Shown: positions 20,071 to 33,944, numbered from the stretch's first letter. The stretch: 64,000 nucleotides of DNA from an uncultured Chloroflexia bacterium (GCA_963763775.1 CAVXPZ010000003.1:288001-352000), one strand, 5' to 3'. Numbers and translations are program-made. The notes: a model not told the origin generated them from the letters alone.

Positions 20071-21280
20071 TAGAGGCGGATGCCTTCGCCGAGCGCTCCC
20101 CACACGTCGATGACGTCCTTGCCGCCCACGTGCAGGCCGCGATAGGCCTTGTGCGGGGCGCCGAGGACGAGGACGTCGCTCTCGGAGAGGACGCAGTCGA
20201 GTGAGACGAGCCGATCGTCGACGACGTACGGGTCGGTCGCGAGGACGCGAGCACCTGCCCACGACAGGAGCTTGCGGAGCTTGTAGCGAGAGCGAGGCGC
20301 GGGTGTCGTCTGACTCGCTCTTGAACGCCATCCCGAGGATCCCGATGGTCTTGCCCTGGAGCCCGCCGTAGCGGCGCTCGAGCGCCGAGACGATGTAGGC
20401 GGGCAGGCCCTCGTTCACCTGCATGGCGGCCTGGCCGAGCGGGAAGTGGTCCGAGGTGAACGCCGCGAGCTGCATCGTGTCCTTGAAGAGGCACGGGCCG
20501 GCGGCGAACCCGGGTCCCGGGAGGTCGGCGGCCCGCGGGTAGTCCTCACGGATGGCCCGCAGGACGTTGGTGTAGTCGACGCCGGCCTGGTCCGAGATCA
20601 TCAGGAACTGGTTCGCGACAGCGAACTTCATGTACCGCCAGGTGTTCGTGAAGAGCTTGGCGAGCTCGGCCTCCTTGGAGGTCGTGCGGATCGTCTTGTC
20701 GGTCAGATGGCCGAAGAGCGCGGCGGCACGGGCCGCGGCGGTGTCCTCATCGGCGCCGACGATCTGCGGCAGCGTGTGGAGCTCCTCGAGCGCGTGGCCC
20801 TCGGCGATCCGCTCGGGGCAGAACGCGAGGTCGACCGCGCGAGCCGCGGTCGGCGAGGTGCTGTGCGACGTAGGCCGTCGTGCCCGGGTAGACCGTGCTG
20901 CGCAGGACGACGAGGGTGCCGTCGCGAAGATGCGGGCCGATCTGGTCGACGGCCTTCTCGAAGATCGTCATCGACGGGCCGAGGAACTCGTCGACCGGCG
21001 TCCCGATGACCACCACGAGCTGCTCCGTCCGCTCGATCATCGAGCCGTCCGAGCCGAAGACGAGACGGCCGGTCGGGAGGACTTCCGCGAGGAGCTCCTC
21101 CGCGCCGTTCTCCATGAACGGCATCTGGCCGGCGGCGATCCGGTCGAGCGTCGCCTGGTTCGTGTCGTAGATGCCGACGCGCAGGCCCGCCTGAGCGAAC
21201 GCGAGGCTCAGGGGCAGGCCGACGTGCCCGCCGCCGCCGAGCACGACGACGTCGAGGTCGGGAGCGCCCGTTGGTGTCAT
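20070..21280 (-). CDS. UDP-glucose/GDP-mannose dehydrogenase family (frameshifts near 20290 and 20835)
   Basis: GGGGHVGLP, LRSTVYPGTT, FCPERI, GPCLFKD, LGMAFK. Confidence 0.88.
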
Positions 21281-21362
21281 GGCCTCGACTGTAGCAGCGC
21301 GGTGCACCGCGTCACCGGGGGCCGATGGTCCTACCGGCGGTGGGTCACTCGGCGTCGGATGA

Positions 21363-22792
21363 TCACGCCGCGGGCGCCCGGAGCACGACGCCATCCTCGT
21401 CCCGGTAGGTCACGGTCCAGCCGGCGCCCTCGAGCCGGGCGACCTGCGCATCCTTGTCGTCGCCGGCGGCCACGAACCACGTGACATCCCAGTCCGCGAG
21501 CTGCTGCTGCCATCCGGCCCCGCCCGAGACGACCTGCTCATAGGCGGCCCAGACCGCCGGCGGGAAGACCTCGATCCGGGAGTCGAGCGACACGGGGTTG
21601 TCGCGCAACACGAACTCGAACCAGGAACCCCACGGCTGCGGGTTGAAGATCCGCTCGCCGGGCTTGACCTGGTCGCGGAGCGCGCCCGTGATGCCGGGCG
21701 GCGCCAGGCTGACCACCCCGACCGGAGTGCGTCAGCCCCGGGTCGGTCGGCCGCCAGACCGGGAGCAGCGCGACAGCCCGCCAGGACGAGCACGACGACC
21801 ACGGCCGACGTTGAGGCGCCGGATGAGCGGCGGGTCGAGGCGCGGTTCACGGACGGGCTCCGGCTCGGTCAGCAGCCGCCCGGCGACCGCGACCGCGGCG
21901 GCCAGCGGCCACCAGGCGAAGCCACGCACGGCATAGGTGCCGATCAGGAAGAACACGGCGAGCCAGGCCAGCGTCGGCCAGCTCGTCATCTTGCCGCGAC
22001 GCGCGATCAGGACCACGACGGCCATCGCGGATCCGAAGAACAGGAGCCCGGGGACGTCACGGAGGGAGGTCGGCTGCCACTCGGTGATCCGCCGGGTGAC
22101 CTCGGGGTTCGTGGACAGGCCGACGGCGTACGCCCACACGAACGGCCCCGTGGGCGTGAGACAGGCGGCCAGGGCGCTCACGATCGCGATCCCCAGGACG
22201 CGGCGCGCGCCCGGGTCGTGGTCGTGGAGGTCCTCCAGCCATGCGAGGCCCAGGACCAGCGGGCCGAGGAAGAAGCTGCCGTGAAGGTTCGCCCACGCGA
22301 TGACGAGCAGGGGGACGAGCCACAGGCGCATCGGATGCGACCGACGGTCCACGACCAGCAGGAGCACGACGGCGAAGATCGCCATACCGAGGAGCTGCGG
22401 GCGCAGGGCCAGCGTGACGGCGGCGACGAAGAAGGCCACCAGCGTCAGCCACGCGGCTCGGCGCTCGCCGAGGCCGCGGTCGCGGCCGACGACGTACAGG
22501 CAGCCGAAGATGACTCCGACCAGGCCGGCACGAAGCACGGCCAGGCCGGTCCACCCGAGCGCCCGGTAGACGCCGGCGAGGAGCGACTTGCGCCCCCCAT
22601 TGCTGGTCGTTCCACGCGGCGCCCGACGGCGGTGTACGTCCAGGTGTCGACGGTGGGCAGCGCCCCGGATCGCAGGATCTCGTCGCCGGCGCGCAGGTGG
22701 TACGCGAGGTCCACCGACGGCAGGCTCGCCAGGAGCGAGGCGAGCACGGGCAGCCCGACGGCCAGGAACGCCCAGAGGCGGGAAAGGGTCAC
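21363..22792 (-). CDS. Multi-TM protein, probable GT-C glycosyltransferase (frameshifted)
   Basis: DLAYHLRAG, LRPQ, WANLHGSF, ITEWQP, WGSWF..DSRIE across three frames. Confidence 0.7.
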
Positions 22793-22841
22793 GCGCGCAT
22801 CCTAGGGGCCGGCGGTGCGCGGTCGCACCACCCCGATGGTC

Positions 22842-24047
22842 CTAGACGGCGGCGGCGACCTCCGACGGGCGCACGGCTCGGGCGCCCTCGTCGTAGATGG
22901 TCTCGACCGCGTCGCACCATGAGCTCGATGCAGAAGCGGTCGTGGACCAGGTCGTGGCCGGCCCGCGCGAGGATGTCCGCGTAGGAGTGGTCGCGCAGCA
23001 GCCGGACGATCGCGGCGGCGAGCGCGTCCGGGTCGTGTGGGGGCACGAGGAGGCCGGTGACGCCGTCCTCGATCATCTCGGGGATGCCGCCGACGTTGGA
23101 GGCGACGACCGGCCGCGAGAGCGCCATCGCCTCGAGGATCGTGAGCCCCTGCGCTTCGCGGTAGGACGGCAGCACGGCGACATCGAGCGCGGCCGTGACC
23201 GCCGGGACGTCGTCGCGGCGGCCGGTGAAGACGACGCGGTGGGCGATCCGCAGCTCGCGCGCCTGGGCCTCGAGCGCGTCGCGACGGCTGCCCTCGCCGA
23301 CGACCAGGAGGTAGGCGTCCGGCACCGCGCGCAGGACCTGCGGCCACGCCTCGAGGAGCGTCGGGTGGCCCTTCTCGGGCTCGAGCCGGGCCACGACCCC
23401 GACGATCTGCGAGCCCGGCTCCATGCCGTACTCCTCGGGGAGCGTGCAGCACGGCTCCTGGTGGTCGTAGCGCTGGAGGTCGACGCCGTTGTAGATGAGG
23501 GTCACGGGGACGGACGTCCGGCCCTCGTCGACGAGCTTGTGCTCGATGGCCTTCGAGACGGCGATCAGCCGGTCCATGTGCGGCGTCAGCTCGCGCAGGA
23601 TCTGCTGGTCCTCGTTCGAGCGGATGCGGCTCGAGTGGATCGTCGCGACGAGGTACGGCCGACGCTGGCCGATCTCCGCCGAGGGCGAGGACCGCCCGTG
23701 TCGCGACGGTCTCGGCCCGGTACATGTGGGCATGGACGACGTCGGCTCGGACCTCGGCGAGGTGGGCGGCCAGCGCGCCGACGGCGATCGCGTCGTCGTG
23801 CTCGTCGATGACGAGGACGGGGATCCCCGCTCGCTGCAGCTTGCGGACGGCACTGCCCGCCGACAGCGCCACGACGGAGACGTCGTACCGCGACTGGTCG
23901 ATCCGCGTCACGAGGGAGTAGAGGTGCTCCTGGGCGCCGCCGTTCGTGCCCGTCGCCAGGACCTCGACGACGCGGATGCGGCCGCCGAGGAGCGGCGACC
24001 GGAAGACGGGTTCGAAGCACGGGTCCGATGGGAAGCGGTGCGGTCAT
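22842..24047 (-). CDS. GT4 glycosyltransferase (frameshifted)
   Basis: GGAQEH, VARLEPEKGH, PSYREAQGLTILEAMA..PVVASNVGGIPE. Confidence 0.9.
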
Positions 24048-25260
24048 CTCACCGGTCCCTCGTCGGACCAGGAGGCGCTGGATGGGCTCGTCGACGGCGC
24101 CCCACTCGTACTTGTAGGGCTCGTCGCCGCGGAGGAAGTCGATGCGGCGCTTGCCAGCGCGCGAGGGCGCGCTCGACGTAGGCATGACCATGACGACGCC
24201 CGGCGACAGGTCGCGGGCGTCCGGATCGACGCCGGCGTTGTAGTAGAGGTAGCCGTCGGGCGTCTCGAAGTGGACGCCGGCGGCGATGCGCCGCCCGCCC
24301 ACGGTCAGGAACGTCAGGCGGAGCGGGCCGTCCGCGCCGCAGAGCTCGAACAGCCGCCGGAAGAAGACGCGGCTCTGCTCGCCGCCCGGGCGTCGGCGGG
24401 AACAGGCCGTCGACGCCCCAGCGCTTCTGGTGGAGGTCGATGAACGCCTCGAGGTCGGCGAGCGGATCGGCCGAGTCGTCGAGACGGATCTCGCCGCTCG
24501 CCTCGGCCCGGCGGACCTTGCGCCGGATCTCGTGGCGCTCCTTCTTGCCGAGCGACGTCGAGGTAGTCGTCCATCGACGCGCCGACCGGCAGCGTCACGA
24601 CCGGGCAGACGTCCTCGCGCTCGAGGTTGAGGGTCCAGCCCTCGGCGATCTCGCGGGCGCCGAACGCCGCCGCGAGCGCGTCGGCCGCCGGATCGCCGCA
24701 GCGCAGTCGCCGGAGGTCGACGACGTCCCAGGTCGCCGCGCGCCGGCTCCGGCGCCAGGTAGTCGGCGAGCGCGTCCGCGACCGCGGGCAGGTCGGCCGG
24801 CGCCGCCAGGACGGTCGCGTAGTCGGCGTGATACGAGGCCCCGAAGAAGACGGCCGTGGCGTCGGGGCCACCGGCGTCAGCGTCGCGTCGGCGCCGTGGC
24901 GCATCGTCGTGTGCGTCGAGGCGTCGGTCGGCTCGACCTCGTGGCGGTGCATCAGCGGGACGATCGCGACCGGGTCGGCCGTCCGTCCGCCGGGCGTCGG
25001 CCGGGACCAGCGACGAGGGTCTCCTCGTGGGCGTTCGCGCCGTACGCGTCCCACCACGCGCGCTGGAACGCCCAGCCGGGAGAACGGGGTCGCCCACGGC
25101 GCCTGGGCAGCGAGCGCGTCCCAGGTCGCGGCCGGGATGCTCGGCGACGTCGCGTCGCTCGCGCGAAGCGCAGGGCCGGCGCCGTGGCCGCCTCGGTCGA
25201 GGCGGAGGCTGGGCCGGCCTCCGGACAGGCAGGCTCCCGGTCGATGGTCAGGGAGGTCAC
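24044..25260 (-). CDS. GNAT acetyltransferase, CelD/BcsL-like (frameshifted)
   Basis: ADYAT, RHEIRRK, YYNAGVDP..LSPG, IDFLRGDEPYKYEWGA. Confidence 0.8.
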
Positions 25261-25316
25261 GCCCGCGAGGATAGCATCGGTCGCCCGAAATGGTTGCGGC
25301 GGCAACGGGCCCGCGG

Positions 25317-27615
25317 TCAGACGCCAGATCGTGAGGTACCGCAGAAGGTCGGCGTAGTCATCCGTGAAGGGATGGTCGGCGGCCTCCACCGGACCCCAGC
25401 CGGCCGCCACCAACGCCGCGATCTTCGCCGGATCTCGCGAGGCGGCGAGCCACCTCGACGGGGTCCCGCCCGGTTCGCCGGACGCCTTGGGGTCGTACGA
25501 GCGCTCGAGGATCGTGAGCCCTTCGCGGGTGACCGCCGCGGCGATCGGCGGCGCGAGGTCGTAGTACCGATTCGAGATGTGGAACGCCACGAGCGCCGTC
25601 CGGGGTCACGCGTCCGGAGCTCGTCGGCGATGGCCTCGACCGTCAGGAGGTGGACCGGCACCGAGTCCGACGAGAACGCATCGAGCACGAGCAGGTCGTA
25701 GCGGGCATCGGGCTCCTGCTGGAGGGAGAGCCGGGCATCGCCCACCACGATCCGCGGCGGGGTCGGCGCATCGGTCAGGTAGGTGAAGTAGCGAGGGTCC
25801 GACGCGACCTTCACGACGACCGGGTCGATCTCGAAGAAGGTCATCGGCGTCCCCGGTCGCTCGTAGGTGGCGAGTGCGCCGCCGCCCAGGCCCAGGACCC
25901 CGACGACCGGCGCCGGGTCCGCGGCGTCGGCCACGCGGAAGATGTCGCCCGCCGGCCCGCGCGTCGAGTAGTAGCTCAGCGGGATCCGCCGACGGGCGGG
26001 ATCGGTCGATTGCGTGCCGTGCACGGTCGTGCCGTTCATGAGGATCCTGAGGTCGCCGTCCGCCGGATGGAGGACCTCGGTCACGCCGAAGAAGCTGCGC
26101 TCCCGGAACTCCGCCGGCGGCTGGAGCACGAAGGTCGCCAAGGCGAGCACGAACGCGGTCGCGATGGCCAGGAACCACGGACGGGCTCCCACCGCGAGGA
26201 TCAGCCCGCCGACGAGCAGCCAGCGCAGACCGGCCTCGGCCGCGAGCGAGCCGGTCACGACGAGCCCGACGACCAGCAGACCGCCGAGGCGGCGAGGTAC
26301 GGCAGCATCCGGCCGCGGAACCCGGTCACGAACGGCCGGAAGTCCAGACGTCCGCCGGCTCGGCGGACCAGGGCCGGCGCCGGGGTCACGAGCGCCAATG
26401 CGACGAGGGCCGCCACGAGGAGGATCGGATATTCCCAGACGCCCGGGAAGACCATCGGCGCGACGATGGCGACGAAGGCACTCGCCATCGCGCCACCCAT
26501 GGCGAGGATCAGGTAGAACTCCGTGACGTGGGAGGCATCCGGGTGGTCCTGCGCCAGGCGGCCGTGGAGGGCGAGAGCGACGATCGCGAAGGCCACCAGC
26601 TCGAGCGGCAGGATCAGCGTGATGGGCCAGCCGCCGGCCGACCCGTAGGGGACCCAGAGGAGCGTGACCATGGCCGGGGCGGCGACGACCGCAGCCCTGA
26701 TGGCACGACCGCCGCGCGGCGAGAACGCGACGATGAACGATGCGAGATAGATCGCGAGCGGGACGACCCAGAGCAGCGGCGCCGAGACGAGGTCGGTCGC
26801 GATGAAGGTCGTGACGGCCGAGAGGAGACCGGACGGGACCGCCGCGAGCAGCAGCCATCGGAAGCGCCGGGGCCAGTCGATCGGGACGGCGGCGGTCGAC
26901 GTCGCGCGCTCGTCCAGAGCCGAGACCGCAGCCGTCGTCGCGAGCAGCCGCGCCCGAGTCCACAGCGACCGGGAGGACCCGGGTGGCCGTCAGCGCCAGC
27001 AGTCCGATGAGCACCGCGTACCCCACGGCCCAGACGCCTCGCTGCACGGACAGCCCGAGGCGTGGCTCGATGAGGAGCGGGTAGGCCAGGAGGGCGAGGA
27101 GCGACCCGCCGTTGCTGAGGGCGTACAGCCAGTACGGGTCGCCGGCGTCGCCGGCACTCGGGTCGCCGTCCGGCCGGGACAGGTGGAGCCAACCCGACAC
27201 CAACGGGGTCGTGGTCGTGAGGACGAACGCCGGCAGGCCGATGACGAGCAGCAGGATGCAGGACGAGGTCGGCGACGGGCGTGACCGCCTCGGACCGCAG
27301 GTCCGCGACGCGGGACGGAGCCGTGAGGAGCGCGACGAGACCGAGCCCGGCGATGACGAGGTGGATGGGCGGACCCCATCGGCCGAACCGCGTCACCGAG
27401 AGGTGGCTGTAGAGGTAGCCGGCCAGCAGCACCGCCTGGAAGAAGAACAGCGTCGTGGCCCAGACGGCCGGCGTGCCGCCGAAGACCGGCAGCGTCAGGC
27501 GGCCGACCAGCGGCTCCACGCTGAAGAGCAGGAACGCGGACAACCCGATCGGCAAGGCGAACGGGAGCGCGGTATCCAGGACGGGGCGAGCCACGGTCAG
27601 GCTGCGGACGGTCAT
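25317..27615 (-). CDS. Membrane domain + spermidine synthase-like SAM-binding domain fusion (frameshifted)
   Basis: SAFLLFSVEP..GGTPAVW, PYWLYALSN, GTTVHGTQ, GLGGG, DAFSSDSVPVHLLT. Confidence 0.82.
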
Positions 27616-27686
27616 CGGTCCTCCGGTCGGTCGGAGGTCATCGTGGCGGCCGTGTCTCGACGGTCAAGTGAGAAGAACGGGTCATC

Positions 27687-29981
27687 TCAGCTCGGCGCGG
27701 CAGGCTCCGCGTTGACCCCGAACAGACGGCGGAGAAGGAAGTATTCGGGTCGGGGCTGGTCGTCGGTGATGAGTGGGCCGGGGCCGGCGTAGGCTCGCAC
27801 GGCGTCACCGCTCAGCCACTGCTGGCGCTTGATGACGTCCAGCCACCCGTCGACCGTGGTGGCCGGCGAGTCGTAGGCGCTCGAGATGTCCTCGAGGACC
27901 CCGGGGCGCGCCAGGATGGTCCGGGCGGTTTCGGGGTCGAAGAAGATCGGCGCGTCCGAGCCGAGCATGTACTGGCCATAGCCACCGGCGCCGCGGACCA
28001 CGACCACGTACGGGAACACCGAGGCGAACGTCCGGAGGTGGTCGCGGAACTCGCCGTTCTGGGAGCCGTACGGCACCCACTGCATCATGATCCCGTTCGG
28101 GGTCAGGTGGTCGTGGCCGGCCTGGTAGTACTCGAGCGATGAGATGACCGACGCGCCCGAGCTCTCGATCGGGGGTGGCGGGTCCGTGATGATGATGTCG
28201 AACTTCTCGTCGGTGAGCTCGAGGTGGTTCCGGCCGTCGGCGACGATGACCTTGCCGTTCGGGTTCGCGAGGACCACCGTGGCATCGGGGTAGTAGTAGC
28301 CGAACATCTTCGGGACGGACGGGACCAGCTCCACGACGTCGGTCTTCATCCCGGCGATCAACGACGACCGGAACGCGGTCCCCATCCCGAAGGCGACGAC
28401 CAGGACGCGGTCCGCATCGGGGCGCGCGATGAGCGGCAGGATCGGCATCAGCTTCGCGTCGACGGTGAGCAGCGTCATCGATGTGCCGGCGACCCAGAGC
28501 TCGGGCGTCGGCCGGACCTGACCGGCCTGCACGGACGCGATCTCGTCCTCGGTGGACGCGAAGATCGTCCCGTTGGCCGCCTTGATGAAGGCCTCGTTGG
28601 GCTGGACGATCGTCCCCGGGATCGCGACCGCGACGATGATCGCCACCGCGACCGCGGCGACCGAGCACCATCGTCGGTCGAGCCGGCGGGCGGCTCATCC
28701 AGGCCAGCGTGACGCCGACCGCGACGTTGACCAGGGCCAGCAGGACGATGATCGCCGGCGACCCGAGGGTCGGCATCAGGACGAACGGGACGAGCAGGCT
28801 GCCGATGATGGCGCCGGTCGTGTTCGAGGCGAGGAGTGACCCGGACTCCGTTCCGGATTCGCCGGCCTCATCGCGCAGGAGCGACGAGGCGGTGGGGAAC
28901 GCGATGCCCAGCACGATCGTCGCCGGCAGCACGACCAGCACGGCCAAGCCAAGCAGCGCGCGGATGGTCCCTCGCGGATCGCTCGGATCGAGCGCGTGCG
29001 GCTGGCGAGATCACCGCCACGAGGCCGACGATCGCGAAGATCGCCAGGATGATCTGCGTGACCGCGAGCACCCTGACCGGGTCACGGAACCGGCTGCGCA
29101 GGATGTTGTAGAGCAACGCGCCGATCGCGATCCCGATCAGGAAGATGGCGAGGATGACCGTGAAGACGTACGTCGTGTTCCCGGTGCCAGAGGCGAGAAG
29201 GCGCGTCCACGTCACCTGGTACGCCAGCGAGGTCAGGCCGGAGATGAACGCGATCACCAAGGCCAGTCGGACGCGCGAGGTCGGGGGGCCGTCGGTCGCG
29301 GTGTCGGTCGGTGCGGTCCTCGGCGCGACGGAGGGCGCTTCGGCGACCGTGGCCGCCTCCGACGCCGCTCGAGGCTCGCGTGCCAGCCAGAGCGCCGACA
29401 GCCCGGCGATCAGCGAGAACGCGGCGCCGACCCGGAGCGCCCCGGACAGCCCGAGCAGCTCGATGAGGATGAGGCCGGCGGCGAGCGTCCCGAGGATCGC
29501 GCCCGATGGTGTTCGCGGCGTACAGCCGCCCGAACGCGAGGCTCAGCTCTGACGCGCGAGAGAAGTGCCGCACGAGGCTCGGGAAGGTCGCGCCCATCAT
29601 GATCGTGGCCGGGGCCAGGGCCAGCACCGCGAGGACGAGCCGCAGGATCGGCAGCCACGGCGTCCCTTCGATCGCCGGGTAGATGCCGCGGTAGACGTCG
29701 TTGATGAGCCGGAACGAGAGCGGCGTCAACAGGACGACCACGACCAGCAACAGCTCGAGGATGCCGTACATCCGCAGTGGAGAGCGGACCCGGTCCGCCA
29801 CGCGGCCGCCGACGGCCGCACCGATCGCCATCCCGCCGAAGAATCCGGTGAGGATCGCGGACACGGCCTGGGTCGTGTTGCCGAACACGAGCACGAGCTG
29901 TCGGGACCAGACGATCTCGTAGACGAGACCGGCCGCACCGGACAGGGCGAAGATCAGAAGGACGAGGGCACCCTTACGCAT
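27687..29981 (-). CDS. Second membrane + spermidine synthase-like fusion (frameshifted)
   Basis: SGAAGLVYEIVWSR..FGNT, LYAANTIG, VELVP, DGRNHL, DIIITDPP. Confidence 0.82.
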
Positions 29982-30831
29982 GTCGCCATGATGGGGTGCG
30001 CGGAGGCACCGCGGCACGCACCAGGGGTACTACCGCCACTAGAACGCTCAGCCCGGCGAACCACAGGGATGGAAGTGCCAGGGTGATGGCCACGACGCAC
30101 AGGACATCGCCCCGCCGTTCGTCGAGCCGCGACGCGATGACGACGATCACGAGCGCGGCGACCGCCCGGACCAGGAACGGGATCGGGACGAACGACGACT
30201 GGCCCATCGGCCCGTTCGCCGTCAGGAACGCGACGTACGCCTGCCAGTCCGCGAGCGACAGGGCGACGCTGACCGCGAGGATCGCCAGGCCGACGGCCAG
30301 CGAGATCGCCGCGTCGCGCCATCGGCCGCGGAGCGCGATGTACGGGATCCCCAGCCCAGGCGACACCTTGATCGCCGCCCCCACGGCGAACCAGCCCGCC
30401 CAGCGGCGAAGGCCCAGCACGACCAGGACCGCGAGGAACAGGTTGACGTTGCGGAACCAGAACTCCGCGGCGACCGGCGGGAAGGCGACGAGCGCGAGCG
30501 TCCAGAGGATGTCGCGGCCGGCAAGCCACCAGAGGGCCACCAGCATCCCGGCGGTCCACAGGATGCTGAACAGCCACGACGGCACGATGGCCACGACCGG
30601 CACCAGCGCCTGGGCGAGCGGTGGCGGGTAGAGGTAGGCGTACGGGGTGACGATGGTCGCGTTCGGGTCGTAGAGCGGCAGGCCGTGGAGGAGGCGATCC
30701 GCCGCGAGCCAGTAGGCGTGCTCGTCGGCCGGCGTGCCCCAGCGGTAGACCGCCACGACCAGCAGGAGGACCGCGCCGATCGCGGCCAGGACCACGAGCC
30801 ACCATGGGGCCTTCGCCGCGCTCGAGGTCAT
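29974..30831 (-). CDS. GT87/DUF2029 glycosyltransferase
   Basis: DEHAYW, YLYPPPLA, NVNL, IKVSP. Confidence 0.8.
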   Translation of the reverse strand: MTSSAAKAPWWLVVLAAIGAVLLLVVAVYRWGTPADEHAYWLAADRLLHGLPLYDPNATIVTPYAYLYPPPLAQALVPVVAIVPSWLFSILWTAGMLVALWWLAGRDILWTLALVAFPPVAAEFWFRNVNLFLAVLVVLGLRRWAGWFAVGAAIKVSPGLGIPYIALRGRWRDAAISLAVGLAILAVSVALSLADWQAYVAFLTANGPMGQSSFVPIPFLVRAVAALVIVVIASRLDERRGDVLCVVAITLALPSLWFAGLSVLVAVVPLVRAAVPPRTPSWRHA

Positions 30832-32024
30832 CGGTAGGCCAGATAGGCGCCGAGCGCCATCACGACGGTCCCGAAGACGATCAGCGCCTTCCAGCCGCGG
30901 CCCACGCCGTCCCGTCGGACCGCCGCGAGTCCACACAGCGCCATCACGAACGGCACCGAATCCAGGAAGTAGCGGTACCCGTATTGGAACCACCCACCGC
31001 CGTAATACAGCAGCGTCGGGATCAGGACCAGGATCGTGGCGGCGGCGAGCCACCACGAGCGGGGAGATCGCCAGTCGGCGCGCACGGCGAAGAGCAGACC
31101 GGGACTCGTGAGGAAGATCGACATCCCGAGCCCATCCATCCGGAAGAACGGGAAGTCCGGGCTGGCGAGCGGCAGATGGATGAACAGGTAGTCGAGGTTC
31201 ATCGGGATGTGGCGGATCGAGAACAGACCCAGGGCCCGTTGCTGCTCGAGGAACGGCGGGAGCGTGGCCAGCGCGTAGCCGGACTCGAACGGGTTCCCGA
31301 ATCTGACCTGGTTGTAGAGGAAGAAAGCCGCGACGGCTGGCAGGACCCCGACCCCGTACCAGAACCAGGTCCGGACTCAGCCGCGATGGGACCGCCACGT
31401 GCATCCAGTGACCGGGGAACCCGAGGACGATGGCGTACATCGGGATCGCGAACGCCAGCGGCGCCCGCGTCAGGAACGCGGCGCCGGCAAGCAAGCCGAT
31501 CAGCCAGGGCCGCCGCTGCCCCCAGATCTCGATGCAGACAGGCGAACGTCAGGATCGTCGCGATCAACTGACCGGTGTGCCAGACGCCGCCTCGGGTCGT
31601 GATCCAAAGGATCTGCGTCGAGAACCCGAACAGGACCGACAGCCAGACCCGGTCGCGAGGTCGACCGACCCCGATCCGACCGAGGAGCCACCAACACATC
31701 CCGACGCCGGCCGCCGCGAGGACGGCGTCGATGCCGGATTCGATCTGGTCGGCGGTCACGGGACCGATCAGCGCCACGATCGGCATCAACGCGACAGCCG
31801 GGAACGGGGCGAACGGGACGTAGACCCGTCCACCGACGAGGATCACGTCGAACGGACCGGGTTGGAACGTCCAGCCAGGTCCGTCCGTGCAGGAAGGCGT
31901 CGGCGAGGTAGAAGAAGTCGCCGCGACCGGCGTCGAAGTTCCGCGCGGCGAGCCAGTACAACAACGCGGAGATCGCGACCAGGGTCCAGCCGATGCCCGC
32001 GGTCCCGACGCGAACGCGCGTCAT
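30828..32024 (-). CDS. Multi-TM protein, probable GT-C glycosyltransferase (frameshifted)
   Basis: LADAFLHG, YVPFAPFPA, YNQVRFGNPFESGY, QYGYRYFLD. Confidence 0.65.
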
Positions 32025-33140
32025 GCCGCGCCGAGGCCCTGGGGAGCGATGTCGATGGACGAGGGCGACGCGGCGCGTGCCGATCTCCAGCCGACCGTCA
32101 CCGTCGCGATCAGGGCGACCCAGAACGCGATCGGGTAGATGACCGGCGGGGTCAGGTCGACGAACGGCCACGCCGTGACGAGCGGGATCAGGAGTGCCCA
32201 CCACCGGCCGGCGGCGAGCAGGTAGGCGACGGGAAGGAGCAGCAGGATCGCGTAGTGATCCCACAGGATCGGCGAGATGAGCTGGCTCACGATGACCGCC
32301 GCGAGATAGGACGCCTCGCCCACGGACCAGCGGATGGCGATGAGCAGCACGACGACCGCGGCGGCGGTACTGCCGACCTGCAGGAGCGTCGCGGCGCTCG
32401 TCGAGAGCCCCAGCTGGTAGCCGACCGCCCCCGGTGTGAAGTTGTGCGGCGTCGTGATCGGATCACTGACCGTGCGGGCGAGGGTCAGGAAGTCCGTCCA
32501 CGCCCCGGTGCCGGCCAGCACGGTGGCGGCCACGGCCAGCACGAGGAGCACGACCCCACCGACCACCACCGCCCGGAACCGCCTGGTGAGCAGGGCCCAG
32601 ACCAGGATCAGGCCCGGCTGGAGCTTGATGGCCGCGCCGAGCGCCGCGCTGGCCCCCAGCCGGATGGGCTCGTCGAGCCAGCGCCAGCCGATCGCCATCG
32701 TGAGCAGCAGCAGCGGGCCCGACTTGGCCGAGCTTGACGGCGTAGATGTACGGGAACGACAGGCCCATCAGGAGGAGCGTCCACCAGCGGATCGTCCGGG
32801 ACACCGGCAGGATCGCGACAGCGAGGAGCGACGCGCCGACGAGGACCGCCGCCCAGACGCGGACCGCCACGTCAGGTGTCAGCGCGCCGAACGCCAGGAT
32901 CAGCGGGGCGAAGGTCGGCGGGTAGTAGAACAGCCCGAATCCGCCGGTCTGCTGGTAATGCATGTCGTAGAGGGGTTGGCCGTCGAGCACGCGGGCGGCG
33001 GCGGCGTGGTAGGCAAGGAAGTCGAAGCCGAACGTGTCGCCGGCGCCGGCCAGACCGACGAAGAGGCCCAGGGCGAGCGAGAGGATGGCGACGATCGGGA
33101 GCGCGGCCCGCCCCAGCCGGCCGAGGCCCTCGGTATCCAT
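32021..33140 (-). CDS. GT87/DUF2029 glycosyltransferase (frameshift near 32720)
   Basis: DFLAY, FYYPPTF, GQV, IKLQP, SPILWDHY. Confidence 0.82.
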
Positions 33141-33944
33141 CAGGAGGTCCGCGCGACGCCTCGGCCGCTCGAGCGATGGATCAACGGGATGCGGAGCAGG
33201 TCCCAGGCGACGCGCAGGGCCAGGCCGGGCCGGGCGCGCATCCGCGACCCTCGGCGGTCGAACCAGCGGATCGGCACGATCGCCATCGCGTACCCACGAC
33301 GACGGGCGAGGTAGATGAGCTCGACATCGAAGACGATGCTCGTGATCCGCTGCCGGCCGAACAGGTCGTGCGCCGCCTCGCGGGTGAAGCCCTTGAACCC
33401 GCACTGCGTGTCCTGGACCGGGCCGACCACCCAGATCGAGGCCAGCGTGTGGAAGATCTTGCCCAGCCATCGTCGATAGACCGGCTGGCTGGCGCGCATG
33501 TCCGAGCCGTCGGGCTGGATCCGCGAGCCCAGCGCGACGTCGTGGTCGGCCAGCGCCGCCACCAGCAGCGGCAGCTGGTCCGGCGGGGTCGCCATGTCGG
33601 CGTCCGCGAAGACCACGAGGTCGGCGTCGATCGCCAGCATCCCGGCGCGGACCGCCGCGCCCTTGCCGCCGTGCGGGACGGTCAGGACGCGCAGCGTGAC
33701 GCCGCCTTCGGGGCTCGTGCTCTCGCGGCGGGCGCTGACGAGTGCGGCGGTCCCATCGGTGCTGCCGTCGTCCACGACGAGGACGTCGATCCGAGCCGGC
33801 AGACCACCGGCCCCCGGGGCGCCGTCGCGGGCGAGTGTCGCCGCGTCGACGGAGGTAGCCGAAGAGCTCGTCCAGGGCCGGCTCGATCCGGGATGCCTCG
33901 TTGAAGGCGGGCAGGACGAGCCCGAGGCTATCGTTCGGCGACAT
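33140..33944 (-). CDS. GT2 dolichyl-phosphate glucosyltransferase-like (frameshift near 33845)
   Basis: LPAFNEA, DDGSTDGT, GKGAAVRAG, DAD, DTQCGFKGF, FDVE. Confidence 0.88.
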
